From the NCBI GenBank assembly GCA_937625935.1, contig OW569371.1, positions 415,055 to 479,054 on the forward strand: DNA of 64,000 bases, given 5' to 3'. The notes below the pieces were generated by a model. That model ran no database searches. It worked only from the letters and a program-made list of their open reading frames with translations, and had not been told where the DNA came from. The DNA comes from Tetramitus jugosus (taxonomy: Eukaryota; Protista; Heterolobosea). Positions 53,334-62,686 of this stretch are shown here, one piece after another. Position numbers and translations under genes: made by a program. Each line of letters begins with the position of its first letter. The first letter of the stretch is position 1.

Positions 53334-54296
53334 TTAACTTGGGTCGAAAAAGCGATACTCCTCGAGGCCATTGTCAAAAAAGCAGAATTGCTCTAAAAAG
53401 GTTTCAATTTGACTGGTCGATGGTTTGTTAGGATCATCTTCATCAATCTGAAGTAGACTTAAAAGTCGCTTCTCGGTTTCCTTGTTTGCTGCAAATGCCG
53501 AGGTATCATTGCAAGCCAAAAAATAAAACATATAATCAAATGAAATTTGGAATGCAAATATAGGCTCTCCGTTTCCACCAAAAGGACAGATGATATTATG
53601 ATAATTCATTCTCACAGAATGTTCCCGAAACTGGTGATCCAAAAAAGTAGCTGAAACGGAAAAGATGTCGTGACGCTCGCCCCTGGAATCATGAGTGCTG
53701 TCCTTTTGAATCAAATTGTAAATGATACTATCATGCATGAATGCAATGTACTTGTTAACAACATCACTTTTTGTTAAATTAATATCGTACAACTCTACCA
53801 GAAGTTTCATTTGATTACAAGCTAGTTCAATCTCACCTGTACTATGTTTGTCAGACTTGATAAATTTTCGCGTAGCATTCAGGAGTCGAATGGCATAACT
53901 ATTGTCCCTCTCAAAGCGATCAATCACAAGTTTTTTCCAATACTCTTTCTGATGAATATCCGGTTTGGTCACCTCTGTCTTGCTCCTCTTGCTTTTTGAT
54001 TGCTTTGTGGAACAGTTTGTTCTCTTTCCAGATGCCTTGGTCTTCTTCTTTTCTACTTCTTCGTCATCCTCATTCTCATTTTGTCTTATGATCCGTTTGT
54101 CTGCAGTTTCAAGTCTTGTAAGGAACTCATTCATGGATGGCCAGTTGAGTCTTGCCACAGTTTTCCACGTCAAGAGTGTTTCTGTTGTCGAGTGCCAGTC
54201 CTTGTTCAAACGAGTAGCTCTGGAGTAAATGTCACCAATAGGTAAGAATTGCAAGATGATTTGATGAATGTCTCGTGGCAGTTGTGGGATGGTCAT
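53334..54296 (-). CDS. F-box protein
   Basis: Likely start MTIPQLPRDIHQIILQFLPIGDI...RLNKDW (54296), within ORF 53334..54425. Confidence 0.8.
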   Translation of the reverse strand: MTIPQLPRDIHQIILQFLPIGDIYSRATRLNKDWHSTTETLLTWKTVARLNWPSMNEFLTRLETADKRIIRQNENEDDEEVEKKKTKASGKRTNCSTKQSKSKRSKTEVTKPDIHQKEYWKKLVIDRFERDNSYAIRLLNATRKFIKSDKHSTGEIELACNQMKLLVELYDINLTKSDVVNKYIAFMHDSIIYNLIQKDSTHDSRGERHDIFSVSATFLDHQFREHSVRMNYHNIICPFGGNGEPIFAFQISFDYMFYFLACNDTSAFAANKETEKRLLSLLQIDEDDPNKPSTSQIETFLEQFCFFDNGLEEYRFFDPS

Positions 54297-56080
54297 GGCA
54301 CAGTTTTTGTTGAATGAAGAAGTTTCCTGAGGTTCCAGATTTTTCAGGATTTGTTTTTTCAGACCAATGCGCCACACAATTTTCCATCTTTGGAAATTGC
54401 GCGTGACAAAGAAGGAGGTCAACAAGTTGAGGAAAAGGTAGGTCAGAGTTGTGAGAGTGGATTGTTCGCTTGTGTGAAGGGAAAGTAGAATGCAGTGTGT
54501 GAACTCAAGAATGTTTTATTTCTTTGAATTGTTCATTCTCGACAAGGTACACATCGCACCCAAAACATTAGTAGTCATCGCATGATCGTAGACATGACAT
54601 CTTGCCTAAATAGAACAACAGAGGCAGCACCAGCATGATCAAGTCACATAGTCAAGCACCTTATTGTATACGTATGACCGGTATGGGAGCGTCCAGATAT
54701 TATTTCTTACGCCCCCCTAGGGAGGGGGTCTGATAAATTTATTCAAATATTTATTCATAGGGGGTCTCTTGATCCCAATCCTAGTAGGAGAATTAATGTA
54801 ACGTTCGAATTTACAGGAAAATGAATTATTCAAATTTATTCAAAACAGGCAGGGAGAGGGGTCAGAGGTGAATATAATATCTATCCTCAGTTAAATTTTT
54901 CATCCGTACTGCATAACATTGCAGTTTTGTTCATTAAATCCGCATATGCCAACTAACTACAACTGATAGAAGTATCAAGATGACGGGACAATAATACAAC
55001 TAGTGTCGATAAGAATTTCCATTAATACCATGAAAGAACTGGAAAAGATATCACAGACCTTCAAAAACTGATCCCATTATTATAAATCCTGTTGATCCTT
55101 CTTTAGACTTAAATTAATTCGACAAATGAGTAAACGATCTCTGAGCTAAATCAATAAGTGTGACTCAATTGACCATAATTTTCTTCTTTTGAACCACTGA
55201 TCGGAAAAATATTTACATAAACATTAAAAAATATTTCCAAGAACAACAATGATGCTGTCATTGAGTACCACTCGGGCAAAGGAAAACCGGTTAAATAATG
55301 TGTTGGAAAATGAATCTAACTGGATCACAACGTGACATTATTATCAGCGATGAGTGACAAAATATCGAAGAATAAGATTCTCTTCATTTGCTATCATAGA
55401 ACAAAAGAGATCTTTCCACACGAAATTCGAAATTAGTGGAATTGTGACTGAATCCAGCACCCAGCTCAAATATTTGGCTTCAACCTGACGAAGAGTTTGA
55501 ATCTCAAACTATGACCGTTGATCATATGTATCCCTTATGTACCACTTCAAATTGTTGGATAAACTGTTTTGGGCATAATCGAGGAAGTTTCCTCTGATAT
55601 ATATTAGTTCCTCTCTGGGGTGAATTATGAGTTAATGTTCGTTGATGAGGTTTAGAATTGATTGAAATCTACTTTTTTCTTTTTCTTTGTTCACATTTAG
55701 GTCCCCATGCAGACTTTAATTGTGGATACATTGAGGTTTTCCTATTTTCGCGCGCAACACAAATTCAAAGTAAAGTAAAATTTGTGCCGAGCGAAGAAGA
55801 AAAGAACATTTATTTCACGTAGTGTAGACAGAGAATAGTATTCATTTATTAGAATAAAGATACTGTAGTTCAGAGGAAGCCTACACTTACTATTCGGCCA
55901 GCGAAACTAAGGACAATTCAATCGTCATTGGTGCTGCCTCAAAATCATCTTGCGAATTAAAAGACAACACCTTCGAACCCTCTTGATAAATCAGAGAGAA
56001 TGTCGAAATAGCAACATTGTTTTCTTCAATGAATTGCTTTCAGTTCAAAGTACGATCTTACCTTTCTACGAAAATGCATT

Positions 56081-56977
56081 TCACAGGTAGGAAGTGAAAA
56101 TAAACACGACCTTTTCTTTTTGACCAACACCTCCTTTGGTTTCGATGATAGCATCCTGGACCGACCTTAGAACTTCTTGATACAATTTGACAGTTTCTGC
56201 CATCTCACTTTGATTCCATGCATAATTAATCCAGTTCCTTATTTGCTCTGCACTGATGTTTGCATTATGTAGTACATTATTGGCATACCTAACATTGTTG
56301 TTGAGATGTACCGTGTTCTCTTGAAGAGTTTCACTTGCTTCAGAAAGAGTTGATGGTGAACATTCGGTGCTTATTGTCAAGATATGATCGTCCTCCGTAT
56401 ACCTAATCCAAACCGCACTCAGCTCGTCATCGTCTTCAAGAATTTCCACAGAATCAACATTACAAGGATAAGTGATTCCATGAATCTTGATGCCATCCTC
56501 CGTACCAAGTTTGATCAGTCTAGCTCTGGCCACGCCTTTGTGATTCTTGGTAAGAATAACCGTATCACCCTCTGTTGACCCATTGTTTTCCTCCACCAAC
56601 TTCTTCCTGAAATCCGAAGCCTTTGATCTGAGGGCTCGAGCATAGTCTTCGGATGTTCTAGTGGAGGGGAAGTTAGGATTCTTATCCTTCATGTACTTAC
56701 CGATGTTGTATGTGTGGTGCAACAGTACAAACTCAATCATTGCAATGAGCTCATTAGGTTTGTATGATTGCCCTCTTGTTTTTGCATTTCTTTCGTTGAG
56801 TTGCAGGACTGTCAGCCACACGCTTTTGACCTTTCTGACTACTATCCATCTAACAGTACTGTGGTAGTATGATTCTGTTTTGTTGAATTGTGATGTAGGA
56901 TTGTTGTAAACTACATTCAATAAAATGCTGTACAATAATTGTAAAATACATTCAACAAATATTTGGCTGAAAAACAC
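56081..56977 (-). CDS. Subtelomeric orphan ORF (gene or pseudogene), true start unresolved
   Basis: 298 open codons with protein-like composition. A further coding-like segment (QFIEENNVAISTFSLIYQEGSKVLSFNSQDDFEAA...*) lies downstream to 55890 in another frame. Confidence 0.5.
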   Translation of the reverse strand: MFFSQIFVECILQLLYSILLNVVYNNPTSQFNKTESYYHSTVRWIVVRKVKSVWLTVLQLNERNAKTRGQSYKPNELIAMIEFVLLHHTYNIGKYMKDKNPNFPSTRTSEDYARALRSKASDFRKKLVEENNGSTEGDTVILTKNHKGVARARLIKLGTEDGIKIHGITYPCNVDSVEILEDDDELSAVWIRYTEDDHILTISTECSPSTLSEASETLQENTVHLNNNVRYANNVLHNANISAEQIRNWINYAWNQSEMAETVKLYQEVLRSVQDAIIETKGGVGQKEKVVFIFTSYL

Positions 56978-57163
56978 AATGATAGCAATTCAACAGCTAT
57001 CAGTGCTCTTGTTACACCTTCCTCCTCCTCCTCCTGTTCCACTCACTGTATTGTCCTCTCCCATGACCATCGATATGGTCATTCAAATCCAGTTGGTCCA
57101 ACTTCAAAAGCAGTACAAGTCGCTCATACTGCAGCTTGAGGACATGGAGGGATGTGACCCCAT

Positions 57164-57293
57164 GGGGGGTTTGGTTTTGGGTTTGGTTTTGGTTTTGGAC
57201 TTTATATTCGTTTCTGAACCGACAAAATATTGCCTTTTATGGAAGGGGAGTGTCTAAATATGGTTTTGGGAGGTTTTTGAGTTTGGGTTTGGT
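57164..57293 (+). repeat. Internal degenerate telomere-like tract
   Basis: GGGGGGTTTGGTTTTGGGTTTGGTTTTGGTTTTGG (57164-57198) and TTTGGGTTTGGT (57282-57293), same strand polarity as the terminal TTTGGG array. Confidence 0.75.
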
Positions 57294-57469
57294 GTTTATG
57301 TCATAAGTCCAGACCCAACCCAAAGGACTTTTCAGTACAACTTTTACTCATCTCAACGAGCTCTAACAGGATTTAACAGGATTAAAACTGTATCGTCTCG
57401 AAGAGACGATCGCTCCCTGTTGTAATTAACAGATTTTAACTGCAACAGGATTAAAACTGCAGCACCGAA

Positions 57470-57506
57470 CTATCATTGCACTGGCAGCGCTAGCTGACAG
57501 TGCTGA
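57470..57506. repeat. Conserved 37-bp palindromic site, copy A (downstream of YR-2)
   Basis: CTATCATTGCACTGGCAGCGCTAGCTGACAGTGCTGA; arms GCACTGGCAGC / GCTGACAGTGC (10/11 complementary) around a 4-nt centre; 36/37 identical to 60433-60469. Confidence 0.9.
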
Positions 57507-57550
57507 CAGAAAAAATATGAGTGATTATTTATTCTACTGCTCTTCAATAT

Positions 57551-59719
57551 TTATTCGTCCTCTTCTCCAGAGAGCTCAATAACAAGAGAATTTTCACTAT
57601 CACTCTCTGACTCATACTGTATATGAGCGAACTTTACCTTGAGCTTTTCCTTTTCCTTGGTAAATTTATCTTCAACTTTCTGTATTTGGAGTTCTCTTTT
57701 TCTCTTGAGATTGTTCAACATCAGCTTAAAATTACCATAGGACAAATTTGTGTCATCAACTGAAGTCTTGTTTTTCCCCTTGGACTGTTTATGAGAGGAT
57801 AACAATGTTTCCAAATTCTTTTCATAGTATTTTTCAACAAGGTTTGTAGCAGAATAAGCTTCCTCTATATTTCTGATTCTCTCATAGAGTGCTTTCTTCA
57901 TCTTACTATCAATCTCCTGTTTCTTTTCCTTGACCAAAGCTCGATACTGAAGATCTTTTTTGAACTTATCCTCAACTTGATACCTATTATCTCTGATCAT
58001 TGTTGTCCAGAACTTTGAGAAAGCAATACCAGTATTTTTTGAAGCTGCACCTACTGAACGATCATGAACTTCCTTCGTCATTGCTTTGTCTAATTTTGGA
58101 TTAGATGATCTGAATTGCTCTTTCATCTGCTTTGGTGGATTCAACCTTCTAACCAGAGGAAACCATTTCTGAACATTTGTAGTGGTATCACCCTTAATTA
58201 TCAGATTCATCTCTTTCTCATCGGTAATATGACAATTTGCAACTGATGGTTCAGAGAGCTCATCACCACACAAATATCCCTTGTTAGTAGCCAAAGAGAC
58301 AACAACAGCCATAGCATGTTCACCTTCATCTCCTTCTTGAAAGTGATTAATAGCAGTAAAGTGATTTGTTACCCATCGATCATAAGGTTTCAAGAATTCA
58401 ATACTTTTCCAGCCAACAAATTTGATCAATGTTTGAAGTGTTCTCTCATCATGCATTCCCTTGTTTCTGATAGTATCAACCAACAAGGTACTAACAACTA
58501 GACCACTTCTACAAGATCTTGTTGATATAGTCTTCTTCAAAACTCTTCTGGAATGGTTCTTCATTGCATTGCTCATTGCCTTATTGTTCATGGATTCAAA
58601 TTCTTGGCCAATATTGCAAAATACAGGTCTATCACCCCTGTGTTCTTTGAGGTTAAAATTACCTGAAATAATGCATTGAGCAGCAGAACCAGCTTGAAAC
58701 AGACCTCTACAATCTGCCAGATAAATCAACAGAGCAACATTTGGACATTTCTTCAGATTAAGAAATCCTGGCAATGTTTGATCCCAAAATTGATCAGACA
58801 ATCTCTTTTCTTTGATGACTTTCATAGTGAGTGTGATACAAACCTTATCATTCACCATGATTTTTTCCCAAGTCAAGTGTCTGAGTTTCATCGCATTAAG
58901 TGATACTCCTCTCAAACCTCTTGCTCTTGAAACAGCTAACAATGCATTAAGCCTTGATCCTTCTTCAGTAAGCAAATTACAATTGTTGCGTAATTTGATC
59001 CAATCAGGATTCAACAATGGTTCTACTTTGAAAGTGTTATGACCAAACTTTCTCAACAGAGACCTAAGCATTGCTTGAATATCTTCTTGTTCCTGCTTTC
59101 TGAAGTCTGGACTCTTCTTTGTAAGATGAAGATAGCTCAACAGACCATAACAGAAAGTACTGGAAATAGTAGTAAATGAATACTCCTTGCTTACTCTACT
59201 CCAATACAGGAACATAAGGAAAGTCATCTTCTGAAGTGGATAAGGAAATGGCTGAATAGACTCAAAGTCTGAAAACTTTTCACTCATAGTTGAGAGGAAA
59301 GTGAAATAGTCTCTCAGCATATTGAAACAGCTTCACACTATTCTTTGCGTATGAAGCTTGATCCTTTGCCACTTCAACTGAGAATGATGCCTGTGCCAAA
59401 TTTGTTGCATCCTCAATATCTGGAAATGGGATATCAGCTAACAAATCCTCTTGCTCCCTCTCATTTACCATGCTACGAATAGGTGTGAACATCAAATCTG
59501 ATACTCTTCGAGTAGAGTTCTGAGAGACGTTCACAAAGTTAAGATCCTCATCTGAGAGGAGTCTTTGAACTTCGGATTGAAACTCAGACCTTTGAAACTC
59601 TTGACTTAAATCAAAAGCTTCTTCAGTCTCTTCAAAATCGAAGTGATCGGGCAGATCCTTTTTTGAAGTTGTTCCATTGCATAGGCTTTGAATGAATTCT
59701 GTGGATTTGTACTTGACAT
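57551..59719 (-). pseudogene. Tyrosine recombinase YR-2 (DIRS/Crypton-like); 5' region broken by two frameshifts, catalytic ORF 57551..59320 intact
   Basis: RARGLR (R), KVIKEK (K), STRSCRSG (HxxR position), FVGWKS (W), LKPYDR (Y). Upstream frames, including 59280..59534, align with the N-terminus of YR-1 (NSTRRVSDLMF vs NSSRSIRDLEF; YAKNSVKLFQYAER vs YAPATVNLFIFAER). The frameshifts may be real or assembly errors. Confidence 0.8.
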
Positions 59720-60167
59720 CTACAACACAGATTATGAGTGCTCATTCTGGTAAGAGCAAGCAAGAACTTGTTTGATTCTATTGCTCAAGTTCGATTACGT
59801 TTTGACTTCTATGCGAGAGACTATCAAGTAGATACCAGTATACTAATGGCTAGTTGACTAGCAGCCGGGACCATTACAACAACGACAAAGTCTTTCGATA
59901 ATGGCCACTGAGTGTGAACCGGTGGCATACGAGGTACGCACTTACATCATGATAAAGGTCTCAAATAAACGAAGCAGCAACGTTACGAACGAGAGAAAAT
60001 GACCAACAAGTCCTTGCAGCCTCACCGAGGCACATAAGATCAGGAGAGTTAGTACTATGAGCAACACATTACAAATGAAAATAAAATAAAAACCTTGCCT
60101 TTTGGTAGTATCAGAAATAGTAGTTGTTGATTTGTTTGTTTGTTTGTTGTTAGTTGAAGTTGTCAAA

Positions 60168-60195
60168 TTTGTCGGTTGGCGCTCTGCTTTTATAG
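60168..60195 (-). promoter_or_regulatory. Putative promoter motif upstream of YR-2 (TATAAAA...CCAACCGACAAA)
   Basis: Minus strand CTATAAAAGCAGAGCGCCAACCGACAAA followed by an AAC-rich leader; same arrangement as 62687-62716. Confidence 0.55.
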
Positions 60196-60341
60196 ACACA
60201 GGTAGATTCCGAATCAGTTATTTTGGGTAGTTCAAATAAAATTTCCGGAGATTCTGTTCCGGTTGAATCTTTTTTATTTGAAGTTCTCGGTGGGGGTTTT
60301 ATTCTTTGCCTGTACATTTCTGGAAGGTGCATCTATATACT

Positions 60342-60366
60342 GGGGGGGTTGGGGTTGGGTTTGGGG
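60342..60366 (+). repeat. Internal degenerate telomere-like G-tract
   Basis: GGGGGGGTTGGGGTTGGGTTTGGGG; four G-runs (G4-competent), telomere polarity, 66 bp from palindromic site B. Confidence 0.75.
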
Positions 60367-60432
60367 ATACATCCTGGATTCCCCAACCTAAGGAGAGCTA
60401 TTTCCTTATATATCATGTTTTTTTTTTGCTAG

Positions 60433-60469
60433 CTATCATTGCACTGGCAGCGTTAGCTGACAGTGCTGA
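60433..60469. repeat. Conserved 37-bp palindromic site, copy B (downstream of YR-1)
   Basis: CTATCATTGCACTGGCAGCGTTAGCTGACAGTGCTGA; the only difference from copy A is in the 4-nt centre (GTTA vs GCTA). Confidence 0.9.
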
Positions 60470-60493
60470 ACATCTATATGAAAATTTGAGCTT

Positions 60494-62623
60494 TTATTCA
60501 CTATCGCTGGAGAGAACAATCTCCTCAATATCATACTCCTCTTCACTCTCAGGTTCTACCACTCCCTTATATTGCTCATCCAATTCTCTCTTGAGTCTCT
60601 GGTATTTTACCTTGATTGCTTCAATTTCGTCCTTCTCCTTCTTTGCAAGGACACCTACCTTTCTCTTGTATGTTCCCTCATTCAAAACTAGAGTTGTACT
60701 CAACTTTCCTCTCTTCTTAAATTTCTCTGCCAATTTCTGTGCAACAAATAGTTGAGCTTTCTCATCGGCATAGAACTTTCTTATGAGAGAAGTAGCACCA
60801 TAAACCCTTTCAATTGAGACCTTTCTATCTCTCTTCTTCTCATTAATGTACTGTTGGTCCTTGGCCAACAATATTTTGCACTCAGCAGTTTCCGCCTCTT
60901 TCAAGCAGTTTCTCTTCCAATAGGCAAGCCAAGCAATATCCTTACCACTATCATCATTGATAATTTCATTATCCAAATCAGAATCAAGACTTCTATGATA
61001 ATCCTTGAAGTAATTTGGAGGTTGAAGTCTTCTAGCCTTTGGAGCCCACTTCTTTGGCTTTTCACTATTGCACTCATGATAGATGATAGACTGAATGAGG
61101 TCAACATCAGTAATATGAGCATTATCATCAATAGAAGCTATTGGAACATCCTCATCTAAGAATCCCATATCCTTAGCCAATTGACTCAAAGTCCTAAATG
61201 ATTCAATTCTCTCAGATGGTTCTTGCAATGAATTGATGGATGAGAAATGTTGAGTAATCCATCTATCATAAGGTTTGAGACTCTCCTTATTCTTCCAGTG
61301 AACAAAGGTTGCAAGTGTATCAGCTACCTTGTCATCAAACACTCCATTGTTCTCAATTCTGTTTCCCAACAGACAAGTAACAACCAGACCAGATCTCATT
61401 GATCTTGTAGAGTACCTCTTGTCAATAGTTGCAGAGAGACTCTTAATAGCATTACTCATACTCTTGTTAGTCCAAGTAGTAAACTTTCCATGGGGAGTGA
61501 ACAATGGTTCATCTTGTAGACCAGGATTCAAAGTGAAGTCACCCTTAATCAAACATTCAGCAGCACTACCTTGCTCAAAAACTCCTCTGATATCAGCCAG
61601 GTAAATGAGTAATGAGATGTTTGGACACATCTTCAAGTTGACCCAACCAAGCAAGTTCTGTCTCCACACATTAGCAAGTAAAACCTTGTCCTTGACAATC
61701 TCCATATCGAGACAAAGACGAATCTTGTTGTCAGCAACAATCTTGGTCCAAGTCAAATGTTTCAACTTGACATGTTCAAAAGAATCAGCTCTGAGACCTC
61801 TTGCTCTGCCTTGTGCTAAAACAGCATCCAATCTTGCACCAGAATCAGTTGTTTGATCACATAAGAGTCTTAACTTGACCAAGTCAGGATTCATCAGAGG
61901 TTCAACCTTGAACTTGTCATTTCCAAACTTTCTGAGTAATGCTCTCAAGGTGTTCTTGATATCAATGGTAAATTCAGCTCTCAAATTTCTATCTCTCTTG
62001 GTCTTGTAGAGAAAAGCCAAAAATCCATAACAGAAAGTACTCTGAATGGTAGAGAACTGATAGTTCTTATCAACCTTGAGCCAATAGAGATACATCATCA
62101 AAGTGAGCTTCTTCATTGGATATGGAGTAGGTTGATACTGGAGGAAGTCTGGAAACTTGGAATCCATCTCTTGCAAGAAAGAAAAGTATCTTCTTTCAGC
62201 AAAGATGAACAAATTAACAGTAGCAGGAGCATACTGTGTATTGGAGACATTAGCAGTAACAGTAACTGCAGCCTCATTCAATCTTCCCATTTCACCAAGA
62301 GAATCAAAAGTAACCTGAGGGAACAAATCATCATCAGCTCCACCTCTAAAAGAGTCATTGATGTCAGTGAACTCTAGGTCTCTGATGGATCTTGAACTAT
62401 TGACAGAGTTATTCAACAGAGTCATCTCAGATTCAGCAATTGTTCTTTCGACTCTAGCCTCCAAGTCATCACCTTCATTGAGTTCAGCCAAGTGACCAAG
62501 GTCAAATTCCTCATGATCATCCATTTTTTCAAGATCCTTGAACAGTTGGTCAACAGTTTTCTCAAAGGTAGCATCAGCAGGGCAAGCAGCAGCAGGAATA
62601 GTAACAGCAGTAATAGCAGACAT
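60494..62623 (-). CDS. Tyrosine recombinase YR-1 (DIRS/Crypton-like), intact, 709 aa
   Basis: Core-binding-like region (YAPATVNLF...RYFSFL...PYP...LMMYLYWL...STIQ). Catalytic domain RARGLRAD (R), IVKDK (K), YSTRSMRSG, FVHWKN, LKPYDR (Y). Basic helical C-terminus and acidic tail. No RT/RNase H nearby. Confidence 0.85.
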   Translation of the reverse strand: MSAITAVTIPAAACPADATFEKTVDQLFKDLEKMDDHEEFDLGHLAELNEGDDLEARVERTIAESEMTLLNNSVNSSRSIRDLEFTDINDSFRGGADDDLFPQVTFDSLGEMGRLNEAAVTVTANVSNTQYAPATVNLFIFAERRYFSFLQEMDSKFPDFLQYQPTPYPMKKLTLMMYLYWLKVDKNYQFSTIQSTFCYGFLAFLYKTKRDRNLRAEFTIDIKNTLRALLRKFGNDKFKVEPLMNPDLVKLRLLCDQTTDSGARLDAVLAQGRARGLRADSFEHVKLKHLTWTKIVADNKIRLCLDMEIVKDKVLLANVWRQNLLGWVNLKMCPNISLLIYLADIRGVFEQGSAAECLIKGDFTLNPGLQDEPLFTPHGKFTTWTNKSMSNAIKSLSATIDKRYSTRSMRSGLVVTCLLGNRIENNGVFDDKVADTLATFVHWKNKESLKPYDRWITQHFSSINSLQEPSERIESFRTLSQLAKDMGFLDEDVPIASIDDNAHITDVDLIQSIIYHECNSEKPKKWAPKARRLQPPNYFKDYHRSLDSDLDNEIINDDSGKDIAWLAYWKRNCLKEAETAECKILLAKDQQYINEKKRDRKVSIERVYGATSLIRKFYADEKAQLFVAQKLAEKFKKRGKLSTTLVLNEGTYKRKVGVLAKKEKDEIEAIKVKYQRLKRELDEQYKGVVEPESEEEYDIEEIVLSSDSE

Positions 62624-62686
62624 AGTAACAATATTATTAGTAGTAATAGTAATAGTATAGTGTGTGTTTGTTTTTTGTTGGTGTTT

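Noticed and set aside
54930-55720. Possible pseudogene in the ORF-free subtelomeric stretch
   Set aside because: Manual translation gives stop-interrupted frames on both strands with no recognisable family.
57305-57330. AAGTCC-[AGACCCAACCCAAA]-GGACTT as a telomerase-RNA-like template loop
   Set aside because: Only 8 nt match the C-strand repeat and no other telomerase RNA features are visible; better explained as an inverted telomere-like fragment.
60425-60469. Helitron 3' end (hairpin followed by CTAG on the minus strand)
   Set aside because: CTAG is absent at the equivalent place in copy A and there is no Rep/helicase gene.
57551-62623. DIRS retrotransposon, Polinton-like virus/virophage, or bacterial prophage/integron contamination
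   Set aside because: No RT/RNase H, gag, capsid, packaging ATPase or polB, and no cassette array. The genes have host-like TATA and AATAAA signals and are contiguous with intron-containing genes and a telomere.
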